Origin: Podarcis cretensis
Lineage: Eukaryota
Reading direction: 5' to 3'
DNA length: 64,000 bases
Assembly (NCBI GenBank): GCA_951804945.1
Contig: OX638152.1
Coordinates: forward strand, 53,258,001-53,322,000
Shown piece after piece: positions 13,301 to 25,915 of this stretch. Below the pieces are notes generated by a model. It searched no databases and had not been told where the DNA came from. It saw nothing but the letters and a program-made list of their open reading frames with translations. Within the stretch, counting starts at the first letter, position 1. Every line of letters starts with the position of its first letter. Position numbers and translations under genes: made by a program.

Positions 13301-16300
13301 GTTCAGGGATGATGGGAATTGTAGTCCAAAACATCTGGAGGGCTGAAGGTTGGGGATGCCTGATGTTAACCATGGATTCTGAGACTGGTTAATCTACCTT
13401 AACCAGTTTAGGATTCAAGCAACATGCTAAGCTGTGGTTAGTGGAAATCAGCACAATCTTCTGAACTCTTTCTTGCTACTGCACCAGGAGCACCAGGGTT
13501 GGGGTTGCCATCATGAGGTTGCAGAGGCTCACTGTCAACACACCAAACAGTGGTTTAGTGTGACATCCAAAAGCAGTCAGTGTGAGCTCAACATCAAATT
13601 AACCAGCTGAAAATACTTGTTGCCTTGCTTACCACAGTTTCCTTAGCTTGCTCTGGTATCCAAAGACTGTAGTAGTGGTTGAATTGACAGAGTTGAGGAG
13701 AGACAGTCTGGAGTTCTTTATCATAGAGCTGAAACAGCAAACAAAGGGCCAAGGGGTCTCTCTGAGAATGCAGGAGGTCAGTAAAAACGGTGATGAGATA
13801 CTCCACTATGCTTTCTCCTAAAGACACAAAACAAAACACAGATTGAATTGTACAGCTTCTTAACTTGAAAAGTCAGTCCTCTAAACTATTGGTTAGCACA
13901 CTGAAATACTTATGAGCATTTTAAAAAGCACATGTGATCGTTAAAAAATGGGTAGGCAAGAAACTCAAATCAACAAGAACCCCTGTTGCTTAAAAACCTT
14001 TTCCATGACAGCTATAACTAATATTATTTTGTCAGAACTCATAGGGAAGCTTTGCCGATATTATTAAGAATTAAAGCATGCAAAAGAAATATAGGAAGGA
14101 AATACCTCTTGCATTCCCATCAGCCTCGAGAAGCAACTTGTTCCTGGCTTCCAAAGCAGCAGGAACGACAGCACTAAATGGGAAAGTGCTGACAATCATG
14201 TCTTCATTTAAAGTAGATCCAATTTCTTCATTTAGGCCTTCATTGCCTTCCACAATGACATCGATCATATCCAAAACATCTAGTTTGAAAGGGTAAAAGC
14301 TTAGTTTAGATGAAGGTTGTTTCTAGAACCCAAACAAATGGGTCAACAGAAGCCGAATAACAGGATCTCAAGTACAACATTACTCAAAACGAAACATTCA
14401 AGTAAAAATAGCAAAACAAAATCCTGCGTAGATCTTAACAGAAAACAGTAAATTCTGTTTGCATGATTTTCAAATATTGTGTGTATAGCATGCCATTTAG
14501 GCTTTTTGGTTCATCCCAAGAAATCTGCTATATCAAATGCTGGGGTGGGGGACCTAGAAACTCAAAAGAGATGCCAAATTTTGGGTCTATTAACATTAAA
14601 TGTGTTCAGTGAGAATTCAGTGATGATGGTCTATTGTTTCTAAATGATTTGAGCTAGCAACTGCTCAGTGGCTTTATTCAGTAAGGTAAAGGTAAAGGTA
14701 CCCCTGCCCGTAGGGGCCAGTCTTGACAGACTCTGGGGTTGTGCACCCATCTCACTTAAGAGGCCAGGGGCCAGCGCTGTCCGGAGACACTTCCGGGTCA
14801 CGTGGCCAGCGTGACATCGCTGCTCTGGCGAGCCAGAGCCGCACACGGAAACGCTGTTTACCTTCCCGCTGGTAAGCGGTCCCTATTTATCTACTTGCAC
14901 CCGGAGGTGCTTTCGAACTGCTAGGTTGGCAGGCGCTGGGACCGAGCAGCGGGAGCGCACCCCGCCGCAGGGATTCGAACCGCCGACCTTTCGATCGGCA
15001 AGCCCTAGGCGCTGAGGCTTTAACCCACAGCGCCACCTGCGTCGGCTTTATTCAGACACCATGTCAAAATTATGATGGCTTGGTGTAGTATGTGAACTGA
15101 CAAACCATGTGTTGCAATCAGCCAGCCTATCAGTATCAGAAACCATGGTCTGTATTAACTCTGATTTGGTGGAGTACCTAGATTGACAAACTGTAGTAAT
15201 ACCTGACAAACCATCTGTAGTATGAACTTCTGTGTGTATGAACGACAACAGAAGGGTATAGAAACTGTGATATAGAAACCTGACCTTAGTCCTGTAATTC
15301 AGAAGCAAACCCAAATCCAATTAACTCTCTGGACTGGCCTAGGATCATGAAGATAAGCAAAGATGCATTTAGAAAAAGCTGCAAATCTATGTCAGCAACT
15401 GCAGTGTAGCTTGAGAAGGCAACCAAAGCTGCAATCCTATACACACTATACTCAAAGGGTCTTGCTTCCAAGTAGACATGCACAGGATTGCATTGTTGTT
15501 GTCATCATTTAAATTTGCATACCGTCCTTCATACGAAGATCTCAGGGCAGTTCATAGCACAAAAATACAGAATAAAACCACATAATAAAAACAAGAACAA
15601 AACAAAACAGTATTGCCCCCCTCCCGTGTTAAAAATTTCTGCCTGTTTCTAAAATGCTGTCTACATGTACTTTTCCAGAAAAATTGTGGAAGATTTGCAT
15701 AATGACCCCCCCCCCCAAGTGAACATACCGTCAATGTGAGAGATGGGTATGCTGGCATTATCAACATCTTGCTTAAACAAGTTGACCTGGAGAATGCTGG
15801 CTTCCTGGACAAGGTCTGCTGCTTTATCTGTGTATGGATAGGGGTTGGTCACTAGTTTTACCAAGATCTGCAATGGAAAATGAGCTTTCATTACAAACGT
15901 TTAATCATAAAGATAGTAAGGGAGCAGTGCTATTAACTGTAAGCATAAAGCAGGTCTGGGGAATCTTTAGCCCTGCAGATGTTGTTGGACTCAAATTCTC
16001 ATCAGCCCCAGTGAGCAATGTAACATTTCATGGCAGCCTACAGCATTTGGTGGAGAACCTTGCATATATTGAAACATACCCCTGAAAAAATATTTTGAGA
16101 AATCTAGCAGTGAGTATGTACGTTAGATGCCAAAACACATTTCCACACATAATGGCACAGGTGTCAGCCAAAGATATAATGCAGTGTCCTGGAGCCCAAA
16201 CACTTTATCTTCTTGTACAAAAGTCAACCATCACAGTGGCTGAAAAACAGATATTTTATCATTGCGTACATAAAACCAGCAGAACTGCATGTATTTTGGT

Positions 16301-19300
16301 ACCTGAGCTCATTAAAACATATACAAAATGTGAATGAAACCACTGAAGACACCTTTTTAAATTCCTCCTCCTTTTATAATAGTGTATTCTTAAATATTTA
16401 GGGTTGTCATTGAAGAAAGCAATTTTTTTTGGGTGGGGTATAATATGGATTCATTTTGATTCTATAATAAAATTGCGTTCCTAGAACCAAGTATTACTTT
16501 TATTATGCAGTGTACTGCCTGTGAAGTGATCTTTCTAGTCCACACCATGTTTCTCCTGCATGCTACTAACAGCTTCCACACAAAAAAGGATAGCATCGTT
16601 GGTAGGATTAAATCATGGTTTACATAACTTTGCTGCATTTCCTTCCCATGTCCTTTGTTCACTCTGCTGTAACAGCAGATGCTGATATAAAACTGATGGT
16701 GAAAAACAATCTTTTGTCATTGCCACCCACTGTAGTGGAAATCTCTAACAAAAACCTTTTCCTATCACTCATCTCCTTTGTTCCCTTCCGTGTCTAGGAG
16801 ATATGAGTTCTCAGAATCCATTCATGATTTTTCAAAACACTCTCCTCTTTAAAACAACAAAAGGTAATAAGTCCCCACATATGCTATTTTTGGCATTGTT
16901 AATCTGGTTAATTTGCACATTTATTACCCTTTCCAAAAACTGAATCACTGCTTCCTTTTTGCCTTCTGCTGTGTTATCCAAGTGTTCAAGCCACAGTTCA
17001 AGTTCCTTCCAGGTATACTCAAATACTCCACTGTCGTGCAGAACCTGTTAAAAAAACAATTATCATGCAAAGCTTTCAGTTCTATTTTTGTATGTCAGCT
17101 CTCATTTTGGCTCTTTGATTTAAAGAAAGAACAGCAGCAGATGGCAGAGTCATTTTTACCTTGACCCCTATTTAAAAACATACCGCAATTAATGGAAAAG
17201 CAGGTTATTTAAAAGTATATAAGCCTCTTGTGTTGCTCCCTCCTCAACCACTTTCCTTTATCTATGCCGGCACAAAAACTCCATCTTGCAAGAGCCTTCC
17301 ATTCCAATTCCATAGCATACACCAATAGCGCTCAAGTTAGTGTTTAAAGCCCATGTAAATAAAATACTGTCTCTATCCCTACTGATCTTCTAGGGTGTGA
17401 TGATCTGTAGAGGGAGCCCTTTCAGCAGTACTGCCCTGCCCTCAGAAGTGGAAACCTGGGAGTGGGCTTTCTTTAAGGCTGTCCATAAATTCTGGAATTC
17501 CCACCCCATAGAGAAGTGTTCAGCATCTTCTAAGGGCAGCTTCTGCTGTATGCTGGCAACACACCTCTTTACACCCTGGCCTTTGACAGCTACAGCATTT
17601 TGTTTCATGGGACCCACCTCTTGTGCTGAATTTATACTGTTCTGTTCCATTTGGAATGATTTCATGTGCNNNNNNNNNNNNNNNNNNNNNNNNNNNNNNN
17701 NNNNNNNNNNNNNNNNNNNNNNNNNNNNNNNNNNNNNNNNNNNNNNNNNNNNNNNNNNNNNNNNNNNNNNNNNNNNNNNNNNNNNNNNNNNNNNNNNNNN
17801 GAACTATTAGTCCAGAGAACATTTTGTAAGGATTCCTTTAGGTAAGGATCATTCAAACTTGCTCTCGGGACCCTGAACGACTCTGCCAAAGGGTAGATCA
17901 AACCCTGTCTCTCCTTTATTGTAACGCAGACAGCATGGGGATAGCCTGTCCACGGGTTGCGGTGGAGAGTTTTACTGTATGCACCAGCTACCAAATTCAA
18001 GCCTATGAAAAGAGGCAGGAACCTGTTTGGGGTGCGTCCTGTTTTTATAATTGTACATTTTATCACTGCAATCCATTAGGGTGAAGGGCAGGGAGGAAAT
18101 TTTGTAACTAAATAAAACACTAGCACTATGAATAATTGAATTATAAACATTTATATGGAAACAATGTTATTCACTTCAACCTACAAAGAGACCACAGACT
18201 TCTCACACACATGAACCCCTAGCTTGATGGGGAAACACATTTACGTTTCCCCAGCTCATCCAGCAGCTAGAGCCATGTGTGTGTGGCCCTGTAAAAGCTG
18301 CAATCACACCAGTCAGCTGTTCAGAAGGTGAAGTGAGGGGCTGGATTTTACTGCTAAATCACCCAGTTTAGACTTCATTTTAAAAAAAACAAAAACCCAC
18401 TACTGCATTAAAATGAAGGGTGGAGAGCAAAACTAGGGCAACCCCAAGGGGAGTTGTGTAACATTTGGCAGTGCTTTTTCCTAACAAAAGTGCTCAAGTA
18501 ACACACTGGAGGTTGCCTTGCAACCACCTGCATGAAGTCTGAACCTCCCCACACAGATGATTTCATCAAGTATCAGTCCATTCATAACATCTGAAGGAAA
18601 ACTTGATTTCCATAAGCAGTATATTTTGTGTCCTTGAAGAGCAGAGTATCAGTATTCACAACCTACAACCAAATTCATTGCCATAATACAGACTTGATAA
18701 CAGAGACTTGAAGAAAGAATAAAAAAGTGAAGTAACTAAACCCATTTCCTGGGAATACAGCAAACAGGCCACAAGTGCTATATTCTATGGAACAGAGTAA
18801 GCTCTAGTCAGCCCTGCAGCTCCATTCCACTCACACAACAGACTTATGTGTGTGCAACCAATTTTCCTGTCCCCTCCAGCTCCCTGCATACCCTCAAAAT
18901 CAACTCTGAAAGATTGGGGGGGGTGTGACAGTTCTGTTGTGTGAGTGGAATGCCATTCATGCAATGGTGGATACAATCCAGGGTGCGAATGCAGTGTTTG
19001 TGCTTATTACTAACCCTAAATCCAACTTTCTAAAGCAGGCTTCCTCAATCTCGGCCCTCCAGATGTTTTGAGACTACAATTCCCATCATCCCTGACCACT
19101 GAGGTCCTGCTAGCTAGGGGTCATGGGAGTTGGAGGCCAAAAACATCTGGAGGGCCAAGACTGAGGAAACCTGTTCTAAAGTGTCTTCACTGTGAACAAC
19201 TTTTCTGTGGGCACAACAAAATTTTGAAAACTAGATTTAAAAAAAAGCTCACCTTAATAATCAATTTCTTTGTTGAGGTTTTGAGGTGCAAATGGTTGCT

Positions 19301-22300
19301 TGTTACGAACATTTTCATCAGCAAATAAAATACTGATCTTTCGCCAGAGACCTTCTCGGCTTCATCCTAGGAGGACACACTTTATTGATTACAATTCATA
19401 AAATTGTTTTGGGTTCTCTCCACAGAGACTGATGCCTATAACCCTGTTACTGACAACTTGTGCCAAGTGCCAACTCTGCTTTCATAGAGCTTGGGGGTCA
19501 AGGTTGAACAATTCATAGTTCCCCACTTCCCTTGAACACAAAAAGCGAAGTATATCTTGTTGGTCCATAAGAAAAATTAAACATCCACAGTTAAGCAATA
19601 CCTTTATAGGACCAACCATAGTGCCACAAAATAGTAGCCAAGTTTTTAAGTTCTATCAGGCTGGATGTTAAGTCTAACGCTAAGAGACATGGGGGAGAGG
19701 AAGGAAAGAAAATTCTCTTGATGTTCAAGCCACAAATCCTGCATTTGTTTTTGTAGACCCTGGAAGCTCCAATAAATAAAGAAATAAATTCATTAAAAAG
19801 AAGAGTTCAGTCATATGTTGTGTTCATATGTAATGGGAAGCCAGATTTTATGGCTTACATGGTTCATCAGGGCAAGTGGTGTGCTGGTGGCACGCATAGC
19901 CCAGTTGCATCCACTTTGCTCCTTTCCTGATGTGAGAAAGCCTTGACTTCTCATTACATCCAAGTTGGATGTGCCCTGACATAACCTGAAGCTACAACTG
20001 CTGATTTGTGACCTGTAATGGAGGAAGAGACCACAATCCTTGGTTTGGATTGTAAAAGGATGCTAAGTCCTGCTGGTTTGTTCATCTAGCTTGCACCAGG
20101 GGAGCAGCAGCAAATTGGGAGAGATCAGGTGGTATGTACCAGCATGTTTCTCATTCCTAATAAACCACAATAAGCCAGAAAGTCTTACTTATCATTATGT
20201 GCAAACATGGCCGTTGTCTTAAAACGTAGGTGGGGCTAGGTGCTATAAAGCTTTCAAGCCACACCTAGGATTGCTACACCAGTAACAGCTAAGCCGCCAT
20301 TTCTGAAAATATAATCATAATTTTGAAAGCTACACAGCACCTAGGAGAAGCTAATGCTATTACCTCTGCAGTCTTTACCTACATTATATGATTAAATGCA
20401 GACTTTGTGGCTTCAAAATCTTAGGAACACAAGAAGCTGTTTTGTGTTGAGTCAGATCATTGGTCCATCTTGCTGCAATGACTGGCAGCAGTCCTCCAGC
20501 GTACCTGGAGATGTCCAGGTTAAAACTTGGCCTTCTGAATGCAAGGCAGATGTGGTACCACTGGGCTACAGGCCTTCCCCCAGCCAGCTTTCTCTTTTTT
20601 CTCCTCCACCCCTTTGTTCAACTCCAGCCTAATGAAGAATTCTGGGAAATCAAAAGCTCGCTTGCTTTCCTGTGACATACTGGTTGTCCTAATAAAGGTG
20701 AGTACCCAAACAGGACTTTTGTAATTTCACTTTGAATAGTCATTTGATCTGCTGTCTGTGCTCCCGTCTTTCATTCAGAATCTCACACAACTGAGAGAAC
20801 AGTCCTCTTTGTGAAATTCTGAGCCTCCCAAACAAGCTTGTTTGGCATACCTGCTGAAGGGCAAAGCTTTATCAGTGTTTATCCCGTGCCCCAGACCCAA
20901 TCCTTTCCCGTTTATACAAATGCCACTCCACAAAAGAGATAAAATAACCTCACTCCTAGTTAAAATGCAAAGGGCAGAAGTGGGCACAGACATGGGCACA
21001 GTCATTCCTAGCCTCTGCAAAGTCACTTCTTGTTCTAAATGCAAACTTTCAAAAGACTTTTCTGTAGTTAAATCAGGGAGAGGTTTTCTCCTTTAGAAAA
21101 TACCTGTATACAAAGTAAAATTATGCCAGTAGAGAAAATCCTATGTAAGCATTTTGCTTTAAGAGCCAGGGACAGCTCGCAGCAATTCTTCTTCTTGAAC
21201 TACAGTTTATTCTTACTAGAGGACCTAAAGTACGGATGGGGAATCTGTGGCCCTCCAGATGTCGTTGGACTCAGTTGCTCTCCCAGACTTTGGAACTCCC
21301 GCCCTGAAGAAGCCAGAGTGGCTCCCTCCTTGTTGTCCTTCTGCCAGCAGGTGCAAACTTTCTTTTTCTAACAGGATTTGGGGACTCACTGCTTTTAACA
21401 AAAGGGCTAGTGCCTATATCTCTGGGCATAGGGCAGTATATAAATTCAATAAATAAAATAAAATAAAATAAAATCCTGTTTTTATTGTAATTATTTGTAT
21501 GGTTTTTAATACATTAGATAGACAGATAGACAGATGATAGATAGATGGCTTTAATTCTATCAATGTTTATTTTTTAAAAAAATATTGATTCCCACCCCCC
21601 TGTATCTAGCTGCTCTTATTCTTATCTGTAAGATACTTTGAATCCCTATAGNNNNNNNNNNNNNNNNNNNNNNNNNNNNNNNNNNNNNNNNNNNNNNNNN
21701 NNNNNNNNNNNNNNNNNNNNNNNNNNNNNNNNNNNNNNNNNNNNNNNNNNNNNNNNNNNNNNNNNNNNNNNNNNNNNNNNNNNNNNNNNNNNNNNNNNNN
21801 NNNNNNNNNNNNNNNNNNNNNNNNNNNNNNNNNNNNNNNNNNNNNNNNNNNNNNNNNNNNNNNNNNGGTGGCGCTGTGGGTTAAACCACAGAGCCTAGGA
21901 CTTTCCAATCAGAAGGTTGGCGGTTCGAATCCCCGCAACAGGGTGAGCTCCCGTTGCTCAGTCCCTGCTCCTGCCAACCTAGCAGTTTGAAAGCACGTCA
22001 AAGTGCAAGTAGATAAATAGGTACCGCTCTGGCGGGAAGGTAAACGGTGTTTCCATGCGCTGCTCTGGTTCGCCAGAAGCGGCTTAGTCATGCTGGCCAC
22101 ATGACCCGGAAGCTGTACGCTGGCTCCCTCAGCCAATAAAGCGAGATGAGCGCCGCAACCCCAGAGTCGGTCACAACTGGACCCTTTACCTTTACCTATG
22201 AATATATGTATTATAATAATAGTGATTCTTATCAGCCACCAGTGTGGCAAATGGCCAGGGATGTTGGGACATGTAGTCCAGCAATATCTGGAGGACCAAA

Positions 22301-25300
22301 GGTTCTCCATCCCTGCCCTACAGGATGGTCAAAGCTTTATTGCTACCTCTGAGAACATCACTACTTGTATAATGTGAATATAATTGCTCACAACACACAG
22401 GTCTCTTGACGAAATGGAATTTATGACTGCCTTACAGTCAAAACAGATTAGGAAATCAATGAGTAAGACAGCTGGTCTTAATATAGGAGACAAAAATAAC
22501 CCTCATGTTCCGACCTGCATTTTGAACCAGGAAAACTTGTTTGCAGGCAATTCTAGAGCCACCTTGATAATGTGATATTGTAGAACAGGAGGGATCTCCT
22601 GCCGCAGTCCTTTTTCAGTAATAATGCCTGTGGTTGGAAAATAACAATATTTTATTCCATGCATTATATTTCCAGAGCTTACATGATTTCAATAAAACAT
22701 TAAATTACAGAGGAAAAAACTAACTAAAACAACAAAAAGGAACATAATAGATCAAGGAGTATAAAATGTTTAAGCACTGCAATACACAACAAATATTTAA
22801 AACCCTGGGAAAATAAAGAGGTCCAACAGCAAAATATTATGTTAGGGCTATAGCTCAGTGGCAGAGCTTTGCATGCATACATATCATACAAATGATTTTC
22901 AATGTGTGCCTTACTTCAAAATTTGAAGACTCTTAAATTACCTTTTATTAATTTGCTAAAGTCAAAGTTGCTCTGTGCTACTAAATGGGGAACAGCTTGC
23001 TGATAAAGGCAGATCACGTGGAGTAAGACAGCTTTCAAAAGAGTGGTCTCTGCATCATCTGAGCCTAGAGTAGATATATTAACATATTTTAAAATAATAT
23101 TACTAGCAAAGACATAATACAATTCTGTGAAATAGCAGTCAGGATCAAGGGTGATTTAAGAAGTAACCAAGTTAAACCATAATCATGGAGTTAGGTTTAT
23201 GCATTTAACAGTCTAAGCCCAGCTCCCTTGCTTTGGTGCTTGGAACTGTCCCTGCCCCTTGTGCTTGTGCATCAACCACCACAAACACTGTTGCGTTAGT
23301 ATCGGCTAGCAAAACCCTACATAGTTAAGTACTAATGCACTGAGGGTAGGGGTGGGTGGATATGGCAGTCACAGTCAGAGCTACGAAGAAATTATCATTC
23401 TCATCCCTTCTGTGATAGGAAAGAACTGCAGAATAGAGGGGGAGTGGCCATGGCGAAAAGGAAAATCCAGACAACTCCTCTTGCCCCGTTGCAAGCCTTT
23501 GTTTATGCAGCAAGAGCTTAAGTTGTGCACAGGATAGGAGTGTAACTTAGCTCTGGAAACCATTTCGGCAGAAATGATAACAATGAATTTTGCATCCAAT
23601 CTGACACTTGTGGAGTCTGCATAGGCTGCACTGTGACTACCCCAGGATAACTCAAGACGTTTCTTGAAAACAGGAGCTCAGATTCTTAGAATAATGTTAG
23701 ATGCCTCAAAAAGCATCTCTCCTATAAGAGGTCATTAACAGGGGTTGTCAAAGAACAGAACAGAGCCATTGTGACTCATCAGATATGAATCATTGTGCTC
23801 CACTGTTCACACGCACATTAGATAAGATGACTAAGGTTTTCCTACCATGCTCTCCATTTGTTTCTTTGCCTGCTGTTATTTCCTCCGAAACAGAAGCATC
23901 TTCAGCACTCCCTTTCTGTCCATCTTGTCCCTTCTCTTGCTTTAGAAGCGACTGCCAGACTGCTACTATGGTAGTCATATCTGGCAAGAGCTAGATTTGT
24001 TAAAAAGACCACCAACATTAGCCACTAAATATTGTTATAGAATTGTCTTGTCACTGCAACATGTTTATAGAGAATTATTTACAGAGCAGGAATGGAGGAG
24101 AAAAGGGGAAAGAACACCCTATGCAAATTCATACAAAAATTTACCAGTCATTGGTTTTTTGAGAAAGTCTGAATTACAAGATGAGAAGTATTTTAAAACT
24201 GAGAAATAGTTTTTGTTGTGCAACTGCTAATTAAGCCCACTGATGACTGTTCACTTCAGTTGGTCAGAACTAGGCTTAAGTGAATTGGCCTACAGTTTTT
24301 AATACTAATTATCACACCAATTATATAGCAGGTCCAAATACATGCATATCACTATGGTCAGTGTGAAAAAGCAAGACAATGGTATAGGTTAACCACAGTA
24401 TATGGTTTGGATGACATGCTGAACTGCACGTAATCTAAAAGCTGAAGCAGAGGTTTCCAATATCCCCCTCCTGGCTGCATTAGAAAAGGAAAGAGGAGCA
24501 TACAAGCCCAAGAGGAGGATCGACTTATTCTCAGTTTTGCATTATGTCCCAACATAGCCAATGAGATGCCTCAGCTGTGAGAATTGGAAAACTATTACCT
24601 TAGCTCAACTATTACCTTAGTACAAATTGACTGTCAGTCTACAACTGTTGCCCCTTATCTTCAATATCTACTGAAATGATAGGGGGCTGATATTCCCCAA
24701 ACCTGGCACCCAGATATGTGTTCTTCCCTGTCAGGTTTCCACATTCAGAATTCCAGAGTTATTGAAACTCTATTTTACCATCTCTACTAACTGGCTGAAC
24801 ATATCTTGCTATTCTAAGCACCGTGACTTAAAAATTGCAACTAGTACCTCACAAAGAAATTATTTCAATAAAAGCATATAAGAAGTTTAAAACATTAGTA
24901 TCCCATTATTCAGCAATTAAGCATTAATTAAGAAAGTCTTAAAGCATCAAGAAATAGTTAGCATATAAATTATAAGAGGGAGAAGACGTTAAGAATCCAT
25001 TAGAAATATCTCTGGATATTTTTCACCTTAGCTGTCAGGATACAGAAAGTGGAGGAAGAAATCCTCCCTGAATGGACGTATTTTCTGCTGCACAAAACTG
25101 CAATTATGCACCACACAGTTTTATTAATTTTTACCTTGCCAAGCGCTTCTCTGTATTGCTGGACAAATTCTTGCATCATAGATGGTGTATAGATTTCGGA
25201 CTTCTCCCATAACGTCTCATTTAGACAGTGCTCAATGTTTTTCAGTGCTCTTTTCAAAACAGTTGATATAAGCGAAAAGATTGTATGTTTTACTGTTTTA

Positions 25301-25877
25301 TTGGCTATCTAAAAGAAATGAGGAACAAACTGTTACTGTGCTTCTGCTTCACCTTTCCAGGAACTGCTGATGTGACCCACTGGTGGCATCACTTTCAATT
25401 GCCAGGATGGGGCCAGGAAGCATCAATGTTCCATGTAAGGAGAATGCCTCTCCATGCCTGAACTTTCGCAGGAACTGAGGCAAATAGCAGTGACAAGAGC
25501 TACCCTCACCCTTAGTGGAAACAAGACACATTTTTCTACCTTTGCCTTTAACCTGCACAGCTCCACATCAATTATCACATAGCTTCTGCATAGTCAGACT
25601 CACTACTTTGAAGGAAGAGAGGGATAAAGGGCCAGACAGAGCACAAGTAAGTCCCACTGGGTTCAGTGAGACTTACCCTCAAGTAGGTGTGCACAGAATG
25701 AAAGCCAACTGCAACCCTGTAAAGTGAAGAGCAAACCAAGCAGCAGCTCTTGCCCCAAGGAAGCAGGCAGACTGCAAAGGGTCAAAGCGTTATGTGGCCA
25801 GACAGAGTTTAATACATTCTGGGTACTTTGGACTGGAAAGGTTCTCCCTGCAAGATCTTGTAGTAGTAGTAGTAGTA

Positions 25878-25915
<38 letters not shown>

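Noticed and set aside
15392-15509. C box (ATGATGA) and D box (CTGA) on the minus strand, suggesting a C/D snoRNA
   Set aside because: No terminal stem, and the interior is a copy of the palindromic micro-element.
17397-21908. ORFs spanning the N runs, or URB1 exons hidden in the gaps
   Set aside because: The ORFs are artefacts of Ns. Exons 14-15-16 join in phase 0 with continuous URB1-like peptide, so nothing appears to be missing.
25349-25400. Minus-strand QQFLER|gtga resembling the end of exon 16 (IQFLER|gt), as a possible duplicated exon
   Set aside because: No upstream similarity, and it lies only ~40 nt from the exon 11 acceptor. Coincidence.
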